From the NCBI GenBank assembly GCA_030141605.1, contig JAQGDQ010000165.1, forward strand, positions 1 to 64,000: DNA of 64,000 nt, in the 5' to 3' direction. This DNA is from Tubiluchus corallicola (lineage: Eukaryota > Animalia > Priapulida). The notes under the pieces are model-generated. The model did no database searches. It was not told the DNA's origin and worked only from the letters and a program-made list of their open reading frames with translations. Positions 25,016 to 38,603 of the stretch are shown one piece after another. The translations under genes were made by a program, and so were the position numbers. Position 1 is the stretch's first letter. Every line of letters begins with the position of its first letter.

Positions 25016-26184
25016 TAGTACGTATAATTGGATGGAAGTTGATATATTAATAATATATTTAATAACAGAAGATAAAAGAGTTCCTAGATGATACCAGTCC
25101 CTCAAAGTTGGCCAGTAGAAATGTCTAAATAGTAAAAATTGCATTAAAGCTTTGAATTAAAACTTATTCGAAGGTAGATTATTTTGCAATTACTAGTTTA
25201 GAGCTAATTAGGGCTAACGACAATTAGATCTAATTAGAAAATTAAGAAATTAATAGTATTTATAGACATGGGACGTTTAATTATGCATGATTTTGTAGTT
25301 TTGACGAGGTAAATGTTAATCAGTGTCTAAGAAATGGTACTCAACAACGTCATAGATATTATAGACAGAAAGTTAAAATTATAGATACTAAGTTAACAAT
25401 GCTCTTAGTAGGTTTTTGCTGTACTTGTAGAATGAAAGCCTTGATTTAAATTACTAGTCTCTTATTATTTATTTTACTAAATTCTAAAATATTGTATAAA
25501 GTTAAGTATAAATTTTCTTCGTCAAATTAATGTATTACGTAACATAGTGTATTTACTTATGTTTAAAAATGTCGTCCCAGTGTCTTTCAATTTTTATTTC
25601 CTATTTACTGAGTTTTATTATTTGAATTAAATTGTTTACTGAATAATTTTTTTATTAAATAAGCTTTTCTGAATGAAAAATCGACCGAAGTATTTTGCAT
25701 CTTTATGAACACTTTTCTTCGCCATTATCAAGTTTCATAAATGTTCCCGCTGAAACCACCAAAAACTATTATAAGAATTACTCATTTACCTGTGCCTCCT
25801 GTGATCACTGTCACGAGCTCTCATCATCGTGACGCAGCGTCCTTCCTTCCTCCCGGAAACATCGTCAGCTCAGTAATGTTCCTTGCACGTGGTGCTCAAG
25901 ACACAGTAATAGCATGTCCTCATGTTACCTGTGTACGTGTGCTTGTCTAACATCATTAATTAACAAAGCCATTTTTGGCATTTTTCTGAAACAGAGCTAC
26001 AGAGCTATACTTGTACGTCTTTACTGCTGCATTGAGCTTGGTAATAAGCAGAAAATGATTCACGTGTCGTCATGCTGTGAGCTTACATTAAATCAAACTG
26101 TAAAAATAACATATCAGAATAGGGCATACATAGGCATCCACATTTCCTGCCTTATTAGAGGTACTGGAAGTCGTAAAAGTAGCG

Positions 26185-26303
26185 AGGCAGAGAGAGAAAA
26201 GAAGAAGAAAAGAGCCAAGGAGAATGAGCGAAAAACGCCAGAGAGAGAGAGAGAGAAGAAAAAGAAGAAGAAGAAAAGAGCCAAGGAGAATGTGAGAAAA
26301 ACG

Positions 26304-26354
<51 letters not shown>

Positions 26355-26365
26355 AAAGACAAAAG
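26185..26365. repeat. (GA)n / GAA microsatellite with an internal duplication
   Basis: Directly visible. AAAAGAGCCAAGGAGAATG occurs twice. Confidence 0.9.
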
Positions 26366-26681
26366 ATAATATTGAATGAAATCGTTTACCTTCTGCAAAT
26401 CATAAAAGCGATGAAGAGAGTGCCATGACCTGTAGACTTTTCAGCCTTGCTGACCTACTGCTTTCCTGTTTTAATTGCTGGCATAAATTACGTATAATGT
26501 AACTGACGTCACGTTTAAGACATCTAGCTTTAGAACAATTATTACAAGCTTTAGAAACAATTCGACAAACGCTAAAATTGACAAGACATATATTTATTCA
26601 CAAACATAATCATATCGTGCGAACTAGATATGTTTATAACTGTAGTACACTCAAGTGCTCTTACAAGATTATAACTGCCTT

Positions 26682-26866
26682 ATGGCGCGCTCAGACGTAG
26701 AGACTTCTCTCGCAACTTGTTGCACAACTCAGCGAGAGTTGCTGAGACTTAACTTCCACAATATGTTGCGAGACAAGTTGCCAAGACGTTCACACGTGTA
26801 ACTTTACTCTCATAGAGAAGTTGCGCAACAAGTTGCGAGAGACCTCTCTACGTGTGAACACGTCAT
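26682..26866. mobile_element. Small palindromic MITE
   Basis: Long imperfect TIR: ACGTAGAGACTTCTCTCGCAACTTGTTGCACAACT / AGTTGCGCAACAAGTTGCGAGAGACCTCTCTACGT. Confidence 0.7.
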
Positions 26867-28330
26867 TATATTCCAAGTTGTTATGTTTAAACGGAACGTA
26901 ATAGATAACAGTTCTTAATTTGAGACTGAATTGTGCGACTACACTTGTCAAAGTCTGGAAATCGTACGTCACAAGTCCACAGTTAATTATAATCATGGTC
27001 ACCAACAGTATCAAAAACTTATAAAATACGGTCGTCGTCAACGTTGTCGCTAAAAGTATCATCAAAAAGATGACGTAGTATCAAAGTTGCCATTAAAAAT
27101 TGTAAAAATATCACTGCAACGCTCAATTATTTATAAAATGGTAGCAGATTAGAATAGTACACAATAATTTTAAAAAAAGCCGCACGTTAAAAATTCTTAG
27201 TACATGCAAATACATTGTACTAACACAATTTTGTCAATTACACCTGACAAATATTAGGCGCTAAAGTTTTAATAAAATGATTTAACTGAATACGAAATGT
27301 AAACTACCAAACGTCTCAAATGAAAGCCATTCACCATCAGTCATTTGCAAGGAAGGGTGTTCTAAAGCACTGAAAAGTAACAAGTTAATAAACACCAGAT
27401 TTATTAAACTAAGGTTATTACGCACTGCAAGGCATTTTAAAGCAATCTACGACATCAGGGTGATCATTTCCCTTTTATTTTTTACGTAAGCAGATTTTCA
27501 GTAACAGGTTTTCAAGATTTAGAACTTTTTTTACAACCGACTGGGGAAAAATACAGCTCATTCAAAACGTTTATGTGTTTGTATTCTGCACTTAGTTTGT
27601 TCAATATGGTACTATTTATTAGAAATTTTAGAAATTTATCATTAATGTTTTGGATTATTGTTTAACGAAGAACACAATATTGCAATTCAAACAACAACAA
27701 TAATAATAATCACATGAACATTAATATACCATAATAGTATTATTATACTGCAATAATAATATATATATATAATCAAACACAAATTAGTGACATTTCTTGC
27801 TCAGTGGTGAGTTATACTGATGGAGATGTGAAAACTTCTAGCCACATCAACAATTCAACAAAACAGAGAACAAACAGTCGCCAAAAGCAGAAAAACTTTT
27901 TGCTAATTACTCTTATACTCATTTACTCATTCAGCGTGGCTTCATCAAACTTCATTGCCGTAATAATTATCATTTGAAATTCTTTACCCCATCACCATGC
28001 ACTCACCATTACAATCCCATTTGCGTCATTTTCATCATCACCTCATATCATCAACAGACTGAAGAGATTATCACTTTCATACTCATCATCATAATTACCG
28101 ACGTTGCCTTGACGACATCCACTTTGCACGCCCCAGCATCCAAATTTGAATAGATAAGCGTAAAACTGAAAAAATCAAAATAAGCGAATTTCGATGAAAA
28201 AGTGTGAGAAGTTCGTTTTAAGTAAAAAACTGAGATGATCAAGACTCGGGGTAGATATTCCTGTGTTTGTTGATAAAGCTGCCCTAATGTTAGAAGAAAG
28301 ACACAACAATGCACAAACAAATGAAAATAA

Positions 28331-28696
28331 TAAGCCTTTTCACAGTTTCTTTGTGCGCACGCGCAGCTGCCATATGTCAAATATTAAGTATACCAAAGTA
28401 ACGGGTCTTAACTACAACCGTCACGTTATGTGAGTGTAAAGAAAAGCCGTCTGTCGCATCACTACAAAAACGTCAGTAGTCTTACAAGGACTTTACTTAA
28501 TTAATTATTAGAGTGATTTGCTAGCAGGATCTTGCTTGGGAAGAAGAAAAAATGAATTAGGTAAGGTTCTAGCTAGTTGTTAAACTGTTACTATTACGCA
28601 AGGCGTTGTCAAGTGTACACAAATGCGGCGTCTGGTACATGTGAGCTTTGACCTTTTTGCGATCATCATCAATCACTGGAATTGCGAAAAGGCTTA
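28331..28696. mobile_element. PIF/Harbinger-like MITE
   Basis: TAA-GCCTTTTCACAGTT ... AATTGCGAAAAGGC-TTA. Further copies at about 37351-37740 and, inverted, about 43791-44170. Confidence 0.75.
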
Positions 28697-28899
28697 TTAA
28701 ACCTGCTTTTTGATCAGAAATGGCAGCAGAACATGTTTTGCAAGTAACTTTCTTCATCGGACCAACATCCGTATATGATGATGCCTTTTCATATTGAGAT
28801 TTGCATTGTTCACACGAAGAACACGCGAAGCGAAGTTTGTCAGAATCATCAAATATCTTGTCGTGGCGAGAAAATCAACTGAATAAATGTCTCAGGACA

Positions 28900-29160
28900 A
28901 ACACACATCCTTGCATAATCCTCTATACAAGTCAGTTAACTGAAGCATTTTTAATTTCAAACCAAGCCAGAGGGCGCTACCAACCAGAATGAATGAGTTT
29001 GTCATTAATTTTTGTAGAACAGAAGTGTCACGGCAATTCACTGCAAATTTTGGTCCAAGGCTTTGGAATGGCATGATGAACTAAAAACTATTCAGCCAAT
29101 TCAGAAATTTAAGAAGAAATATAAAGCGATGATTTTCAATAAATACAATACTTCTTAATA
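28900..29160 (+). mobile_element. LINE (L2/Crack-like) 3' fragment
   Basis: Encodes a GPRLWN motif followed by ..FKKKYK, typical of the ORF2 end. Confidence 0.55.
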
Positions 29161-30642
29161 TCATACACTTACTGTCATACCACAATCTGAGTACAAATTA
29201 TGCAAAAAATGCATAATTGATTACTTTTTCGAGCTGATGTAAACATGACACAATCTACTGTCATATTCCGCTAACACAATCTTCCTCCGGTCCTGTGTGA
29301 TCGAACCTTTCTTCCTGTTCTTTTTTGTTCACGTATCTATTCCTTTTTGATCTGGTTCACATGACAGTGGGCTAATACAAGCCTTTGCTTCTCTAACCCA
29401 CTGCAGTACATTTATACTTTTACGGTAATGATAATCTATGAAAGATGACATTACAATATGATGTAACAATATTGATAGTTTGTCGCCATGTATTGATTGT
29501 CACTATTGTACTGAATGTGGTAATAACAAAACTTCAAACTTCAAAATCAAAGCTTACCTGTCCATGGGAAAATACATTATACCTATATCTTCTTGGCGAG
29601 ACCTCTAAAACACTGCAGAAGATTTATGGACGCTGGAGTCTGCACACCATCATCAACATCATCGTTTCTGATTATCCTCTCTACAACACCTCTCCTAACC
29701 ACTCAAAACATGATCAAAGTTAGTTTCTAAAACTTTGCTAATAAGTGGACACAAGTTGTACCATAATAAGACATTGAAATGTTTAATTAACATAAACATT
29801 AACGATTATTAGCACGTCTAAACTAGCTAATGGTTGATTGCCTGACAAAAATGCCTTGTTAATTGGTGCATATCAGTCCCCTAAAGAAATAATTTTTACT
29901 GATTTTTTTAAACTCGATTTTTGTCAAACTTCATGAAGTTGGCGCCTCTATTCGAGGCGTTACAGCTAGAATGGATTAATATTACGAAATCTGATGCCAC
30001 TTTGAGAACCGAACCCACTTCTTTCGCAATACAATATACGCAGTGATCACCTTTCTCAGTTGCAACAAAACTGCGATGTAATTAAATGTAACGCCCTTTT
30101 AATGCTTGGAAGAATTTTCTTAAGGTTTAGTTTACTTCAATAGTTTCAGTCTGATGACCTTCATCAGTTTATTTGTTTATTCTGATTGCATCAATCAGTG
30201 AATATTGATTTTTTTCTGCCTGAGCAAATCTCTCTTCACAAATTCACAACTCTCTAGCAGCCAGGATAAACATACAAATGGACGAAGGTCATGACACCGA
30301 AAGCTTCCAGGAGTATGAACCAATGGACAATTCTTGCATTATCTTTCAAATAGCAACGCTTTAAAATGCCCGCTATCAACTATTTTCAGAAACGTCTAGT
30401 ATTTTAGATGATAAATTGTGCAAAAATGACTTGAAATGAATCTTCCTGAGAAGGCAATAGTTGTAGAGAAATATTAAAATAAGATTTGGAATGGGTGTGC
30501 AACATCAGTTAAATTTAATTAGATAATTTAGCTTCTTATGAGAACAACAACCATCAGCCAAGTGTAGACAAGCTATTGACAAAGCAAGAATATTAAAAAA
30601 AAACTTAGTGCAATAAGCGTCTACTGACATTTGCAATAATAC

Positions 30643-31279
30643 TAAGGCCCCTTTCACAGTGAGGCCGCAAGGAAAAATGACGCACTGAATTGCTGTCAGA
30701 AAATTCTATGAAAGTCTGATTTTTCTCGAAAGATAATTCATTTCAGAGTGAAACCGCGCGCCCAGTTAGCTGCAGCTACTTTGCGAGTTTTATACTGTAT
30801 AACCATGTCCAAATTAAGTTACACTTGCCGTATTTCTCATATACAAAGTACAATTAATAAGTGTTAGTCAATGGAATGCTGACTTGTTTGTTTTTTAGTA
30901 AAGTTCTCCTAAGCACTTTAAAATCTGAAAATATACATATGTAAAATAAATGTATGTATGAATTATTTTTCTTTTTCACGAATATAGCCATCGATGTTCC
31001 ATTAATAAAACACAAAATCATTAGTCTGTTAAAAGAGAAACTAATCCTATAATTTTTTATTGAAATGTCTTAATTTTTGTTCATTAAATAAGAAAGAAGT
31101 AATTGATAGCTAAACTTAACTTTACGAGGATTCCTCACGAAAATGGACCACGTAGTATTTCTACCATGCGTTAAAATCCCTCACGAGGAGGACGCATAGC
31201 TTCTAGCTGGCAGCACAATTCCTCACGAGGAATTGCATGAGAAATTTTGCCGCTTGTCCTCACTGTGAAATTTGCTTAA
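30643..31279. mobile_element. Harbinger-like MITE
   Basis: TAAGGCCCCTTTCACAGTGAGG ... CCTCACTGTGAAATTTGCTTA imperfect TIR, with internal CCTCACGAGG repeats. Confidence 0.55.
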
Positions 31280-31815
31280 ATCTACGTAAGTAACACGTTA
31301 TTTTGTTAATGACAGTGAAATAGCTTAAATCATTTAAATGAGTTTGTGAGGGTTAATCTTACTCATTTCATTAATGTGAATCTGTTGGAAGGAAAATACG
31401 TTCAAAGTGATAAGGAAACACTTCATTATTGTTGATGTCGAGGCTTACCTCACAAAGCCAGACAAAAAGGACAAATAACATTAGACTAGTACATCTAAAA
31501 TTATTTATACATACATTGATTTGATTTTACCAGCAAAACTGGCTCATTGTGTATCCTGAACCGACTTGTATTCTCTATATTATGAATACAAAAGGCGTTC
31601 TGAAAGTTTTATAGTGAGTGAGTTAAGCAGTGCGGGCTTTGTGAGGTATTCTGGACCACTTATGAAATAAAAACTAAAGGGTACAGCTTGAAATGTCAAG
31701 GCTGAGTTAAATGACTGTAAGTAGCTGTGTATTAACTATTAGATAATTATTACTATAAGTAGTTAACTAATTTAACACAATAATGTATCTTAGTGTGCGT
31801 GAGTGAATGCACAGT

Positions 31816-32751
31816 TTACCCTAAAGAGAAAGTTACGTTGGTGGGTGTTCTCCTTTCCTTCCTCCTCATTACCACAGGCGGGTTCTTTGGAACGGTTCTA
31901 GGAGGACAGTCATTAAATCCCGAATCTTTGGAATGGTCCATGTCATCAGCTGTATGGTGGAGGCGATCAAACTGAACGTCCAGGCAGTCTTGCGATGACG
32001 TCCTGTCACTGCTGATGTTACTGTCGCTGCACGAGGAGAGTGACAGCATTGAATCGCCACCTATTCCAAGGCTGCTGCCTTTACTGGTGTTGGGCAACAA
32101 CAACCCGTCTTTTTCCTGCGCGTAATTCTTGTCTTCTGTTGAGGCTTCTTGGGTTTTCTGTTTCTTGGCTCTCGTGCCGTTAATGTTGTCCTTGAATTGA
32201 GCGCTAGTAGCATAGACGTCGCACAACTGAGATCTGCAGAAAGGAGTAAAGAGATAGATGCATTCATTCAGATGAAATACGGAACTTTTATTCGACGCCT
32301 GCTCTCGATCATCATGCGCGCCGTCACCTTGAATGGAAATTTTTAACTTCGTTTCAATGCATTTCGTGCCAAATTTCTTGGAGACCGTCACAAATGATTT
32401 CAGCCAGTAGGAGACGCCACCTTCGTCGCCCGGAGCGGTAAAAGACAGGGCGATGTTTTTCGGTATCCGATACTGGAAAAAGAAAATGTGACCGCCAGGA
32501 GTCAGCAGGGTAGCCTTTAATTGTCTTTTGTCAATCACAAGGATGGAGTCCTGGAATTTGTAAAAAGTGCTGCTGTATCGTTTCCCGTTCTGCTGGGTTA
32601 CGGCAAACGTTCCCACCCCATTTACCGTCACCTCCAGACACTTTGAACTGACGGGTTTACCCAGAACGAGGCACACTCCCCCTTTTAAGAGTTCGCCTGG
32701 AGAAAAACTTGATTTTTCCAGTAATATTTTGAAGTCACTCAATGCCTTCAT
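31816..32751 (-). CDS. Intronless arrestin-N-domain protein 1 (alpha-arrestin/ARRDC-like), 311 aa from the first ATG
   Basis: Long uninterrupted ORF. Arrestin_N hallmarks: FKILLEKSSFSPGELLKGGV, LLTPGGHIFFFQYRIP, SF...GGVSYWLKS. The ATG at 32751 aligns with the paralog's start. Confidence 0.85.
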   Translation of the reverse strand: MKALSDFKILLEKSSFSPGELLKGGVCLVLGKPVSSKCLEVTVNGVGTFAVTQQNGKRYSSTFYKFQDSILVIDKRQLKATLLTPGGHIFFFQYRIPKNIALSFTAPGDEGGVSYWLKSFVTVSKKFGTKCIETKLKISIQGDGAHDDREQASNKSSVFHLNECIYLFTPFCRSQLCDVYATSAQFKDNINGTRAKKQKTQEASTEDKNYAQEKDGLLLPNTSKGSSLGIGGDSMLSLSSCSDSNISSDRTSSQDCLDVQFDRLHHTADDMDHSKDSGFNDCPPRTVPKNPPVVMRRKERRTPTNVTFSLG

Positions 32752-33020
32752 TACAAAGTCATTTTGATACAGAAACAAGTGCAATTCTCGTCTACGCTGT
32801 TCAAGTACCGCTTATTAAACGACTTTTTATCATCCAAGTTAAAATACGAAAAGTCGTGTGTAACATCATTGCTATGCAGTAATTTAAAATGTACGAAAAG
32901 TAGGGTGTAACATACAATACTGCATATAAACGCTCTCTCATGTTCATCTGTTCAATCCAGACTGATATTCAGAATTATATAACATTAATTGATGCTCAGC
33001 GCAGCCAGAATCGTGCAGGC

Positions 33021-33071
33021 TTGTGACGTCACAATCGGTTTGCACCTGGATAGCCTTATCCGCTGACGTCA
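33021..33071. promoter_or_regulatory. Two perfect CRE sites (TGACGTCA) upstream of arrestin-N gene 1
   Basis: TGACGTCA at 33024 (within the 14-bp palindrome TTGTGACGTCACAA) and at 33064. TATATAA on the - strand at about 32980. Confidence 0.45.
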
Positions 33072-34724
33072 GTGCGCTAAGACAAAACACAGTGATAATC
33101 TGTCTAATAATTAAGATTAGTTACTGCAGCTGCATTAAATACTAATTAGCAGTAGCAGGAGCAGCTCTAGGTGGAGACCAGTCTTGAAGGAAAAGCCAGT
33201 CTTTCAACGTTCGCGAAAAATGTTAGAAGAATTTAGTAATAAAAGTGCAATAAGCGCCTAGTGTAATTAGTAAGATCACTTTTAAGTCGCGATCACTTCA
33301 TGCTGGGGCTGAATTAATTTGACTTGAAGAAAAGAAACACACTGTCAATCATAGCCAAAAGTATAAGTTTTTTTTACAAAAAAATTAAATAGCTAATTTT
33401 GCAATATTTTTACGAGAACATTAGGTAAGCTGTAGAAGTTTGAATTAGTCTAAGCAGTGCACGCTTACGGAAAGCTTACGAAAATTCACGATGTCTCCCA
33501 GTTATCATGATTTTCAAACGAAAGGCGGCAACCATCACGCCTAAATATTTTTATTCAGAGGTAGTATATTTTAAATTTATGCTTTATAGGCAGTTTTTTG
33601 CAAATTTCTTTGTTATATTTTTCCAACTGTGAGTGGTAATAATAAAATTAACTCGACATACTGTGTGACTTGTTCTTTCCTTTAAGCTTGATTATCTGTT
33701 ATTGAATGTACAACTTAGTTTAAATATCAAATTTAAGCTCTTGTAGCTCTAATGTTCGCAAAGTGGGAGCAATCTTTGACTCATATTTAAACCGGACTGA
33801 GCATATAAACTCTGTCTCTAACAAATGCACGAAAATATTTGTTAGTATTAATAATATTAAAAATTCTATTCTACAATAATAGCAATTGTATTATAATTGC
33901 TATTGTTAAGTCACCACATAGACTTGTCAGCTCTTGCTTCTTTGTGAAATTGAACGAATTATTACATAATTAGTTTCTAAAATTTATTTAGCTTTTAATT
34001 TACTAATTCTGTATATATATATAATCTTGTAGATTTTTTATTTTATTTTATTTTATTTTAATTTAGCACTGTATTTGTATTTTATATGGTCTAGTTACTG
34101 AAATGAAAATTAAATTTAATTGAATTTTGTGATGCGAATTATAAATTGTCTTGTATTTTCACATGTGTTCAACTGTTTGCCTGTATTTAGTAATGATGCG
34201 AATATTCACTTAAACAAAATTCAAAAGAGTTACCAGTTTTGCTAGCTAGGGTCATATCGAAGCGGGGAAAATATGACCACACATCTAACGATGATCGCAC
34301 CACACATTATCAATCTGAAACTTTTATTTGTTAAAAAAATCAGCTATATCTGCTGATGTTTGTTTGCTCCACAATTATTAATCACTAAACAACCATCGTA
34401 CATCTATAATCACCTAAATTTTAATCGCAATATGATTTTTGGACCACTAGACAATCAAGATGTAATAAAATTACAAATTTTGAAACATTTAAACAGTTAC
34501 ATACAGAACAACTTATAAACAGTCGTCGGTTACATTGTATAGAATTTTCTTTTTATTTCTGATCAAACTTTTAAACATGCTTTTATCTGATATTTTTTAC
34601 CGTACTTCTTTATTTTTTATATTCATTATTTAATATTTTTTTTACTTCTCATCACTGTTGTAAACTGTGCAAAGAAAAAATTCAATGATAAGGACTGTAT
34701 AATTAATATAAAAATAAATATTAT

Positions 34725-35000
<276 letters not shown>

Positions 35001-35672
35001 AATTTACTGATTAAATAAATTTTAGACAATGTCTGGGAGTCAGAGTTTTAGAGTTATAAACCCCGGCCCGCTACGAACCGCCCCTTCATCGCCTTTCCGG
35101 GATCTATGACGTGGCTTCACATTCAACGCGTCTCAAGTAGATTGTTTACGCTTAGCGAAGCCATACAAACATGCTATGCGGAAGTAACTTTGTTTGTCTA
35201 GGAAAGTGGAAACAGTATCGCCTCTCGGGAAAGCGTAAACACTGGAGTTAAACCGGAAACATAATACGACCACGCTCGGTAAAATATTCATTTACAACGC
35301 CTTGCAAAAGCAAGACCATTGTATCTGTATCTATAACTTGACTTTGCTTTCACACAAAAATATAGAAAGCCCCTAGTCTAGAATGCCCCTGTCTTCCAAG
35401 TACAACAACTGCACGGTACTTTGCTGGTAAAATGTCTTCCAGTAACTTATTCTCTAAGAACAGCTGCAGTGGTAAAAAGTAAAACGGTTAATGGAATTTC
35501 TTAATGACTTGTGATGCTACAAAAAGCAGAATTGAGCAGTTTCAACGCGAAACTTGAGAAACGTTTATGAAAGTTTTTCCCTGTAAGTGCAGTTTGTTTA
35601 AATGTTCACTTTAGGGTCGTCACTTTGCATAATTCTTTGTATAGTTTTAGTGTTCTTGTACAATTTTTGTAC

Positions 35673-36308
<636 letters not shown>

Positions 36309-36839
36309 TATTTTCCTTGAGCAGAAAATTGCAGACAGCAGTTGGAGAGCAAAAATCGATAGTGTGCCAGCATCGTGGGCGTCTGCTTCTTTTTAAGAAC
36401 GATAGAACAATCAGGTAAGAACGACTCGCGGAAAAATATTATTGATAAATCAGGAACTGTACTTGTTCGCTAATTTACTTTGTTTGCTCTCCTACAGATG
36501 ACGCCTCAGGCACAGGCTCTGTTATTAATTGATAAACGCGTAGGATGTCTTATATATTTTCCTGAATTGCTTTTTAATAAGTTATTTCCTAGATGGTACC
36601 ACGCAAATAACATTATGGATGTTGAGCTTGAGCAAATCTGGCTTCAGTTTAAAGAAAGAAAGAAATAATAGGTCTCATTTATTGGTATCATAATCAGCAA
36701 CATTTTTTCATAAAATACGAAAATAAAAGTTACAGCAAAAAATGTTATCTTTTTAAACTTTTTATTAAGCAATATAACTTTTTAAATACAAGATAATAAT
36801 TAGATGTTATTCTCTTTACTTGATGCTTGTTTACTAGTT

Positions 36840-37125
36840 TGTCAGTCAGTCAGTCACTAGTCAGTCAGTCAGTCAGTCAGTCAGTCAGTCAGTCAGTCAG
36901 TCAGTCAGTCAATCAGTCAGTCAGTCAGTCAGTCAGTCAGTCAGTCAGTCAGTCAGTCAGTCAATCAGTCAGTCAGTCAGTCAGTCAGTCAGTCAGTCAG
37001 TCAGTCAGTCAGTCAGTCAGTCAGTCAGTCAGTCAGTCAGTCAGTCAGTCAGTCAGTCAGTCAATCAGTCAGTCAGTCAGTTAATCAGCCAGCCGGTCAG
37101 TCAGTCAGTCAGTCAGTTAATCAGC
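36840..37125. repeat. (GTCA)n tetranucleotide microsatellite
   Basis: Directly visible. Confidence 0.97.
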
Positions 37126-38029
37126 CAGCGTAACCATATTGTTCAAGTATCAATATATTTGCTCTTTGTTTGTGTTATATTGTCTGCGTTTGTGCGCCTG
37201 ACTACCTACTGCCTACTGTTTGGTTAAAACTATTAATATTGTCACAATTTGGTCCTGCAAATTCTCAGTACAGATTATTTTTCTGAGTTATACTAGTTTA
37301 AGTAAATCGCCAGTAAAATCAGTTCTAAATTCTACAAAAATTCTGCACAATAAGCCTTTTCACGGTTTCGTTGAGCGCACGCGCAGTTGCTTAGGCCAAA
37401 GGTCAAGTGTGCCACAGCAACGTGTCTTAACTACAACTGTCACGTGACGTGTGGGTAAAGCATAACCTAATGCCACATCAGTTCATGACTTCAGTTATTT
37501 TACGCAGACTTTACTTAAATATGCATTAGTCTGTGCGTAGAGTGATTTAATAGCAGCATTTTGCTCGGGAACAAGAAAAACATGAACTAGGTAAGGTTCT
37601 AGCTAGCTGTTAAAACTGTTACTATTACAACAGTATGGGCTACGAGGCGTTGCCAAGTGTACACAAATGCGTTGTCTGGTACACTTAACCTTTGACCTTC
37701 AACACGATCATCAACAATCGCTGGAACTATGAAAACACTTTTTCTACTAATTTTTTCTTGAGTTATACTGGTTTAAGTAATTCGCCAATAAAATCAATTC
37801 TAAATATTACAAAAAGTTTGCACAGTTTACGTAGCTGGCTGAAGAGGTTTTAATTTTTAAACACGCGATAGAGCTCTACTTGCTGAGTCATTATATTCTT
37901 TTCAGTTTCAATTTTGACTAAATTTATTTTAGAATCAAAGATGCTGCACCAACTTAAAAAATCTAACTTGTCCGGAAGGAAAAATGACTTAAGAACTTAA
38001 TATGATAGTGGAGGCCTAGATTCATCTAA

Positions 38030-38603
38030 CCGGATGATTTTTCATATCCTGCCGCATTTTGAAATACGGTCAAAAGTATGCATTTTAACAGCTATAGTTT
38101 CTGGTAATTGAATAGTAGATTAAAAACTTAATAACGGGCGAGCCTAAGCAGTGAACACGCAATAACTGAACATAATTTTTAACAGTTCATCATTCCGTGG
38201 GCGTGTTGCACGTCTTTGAGAAAGAGGAAATTGAAGTACAGTGCTACCGTGCAACATTCAGTTTGATACACAAAAACGCAAGTTATGTATTTAAAATTTC
38301 AAGTTTATCCCTGTGCTCACGCATGAGAGCTCGAACGTGTGCACTACGTCACAACAAAACATCTCTGAAGTGAGAGGTACAGCACTTGTTTTTGTGCAAC
38401 GCGTTTCCGAGATGTAGGCGCTAGTGCTCGTCTAACTACGGAAAGGCGAAATGCATGTAACAGCGAAGAACTAGCTGCGCGAATGAGAAATTGTGTTTCT
38501 GTGGTAATAATTCTTTCACGTCAGTCATTCTTGAAAAAACAGTAAGTTCCTTAGAATAGATTGTTTTGTGCTGTAGCTTAAGAATGGATCCGGTTTCCTT
38601 TAA
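38030..38603 (+). mobile_element. Kolobok-like MITE family 1 copy
   Basis: Colinear with 17580-18201. Ends CCGGTTTCCTTTAA. Confidence 0.75.

Noticed and set aside
32752-32784. N-terminal extension of arrestin gene 1 from a TTG start
   Set aside because: Eukaryotic context. The first ATG (32751) aligns with the paralog's start.
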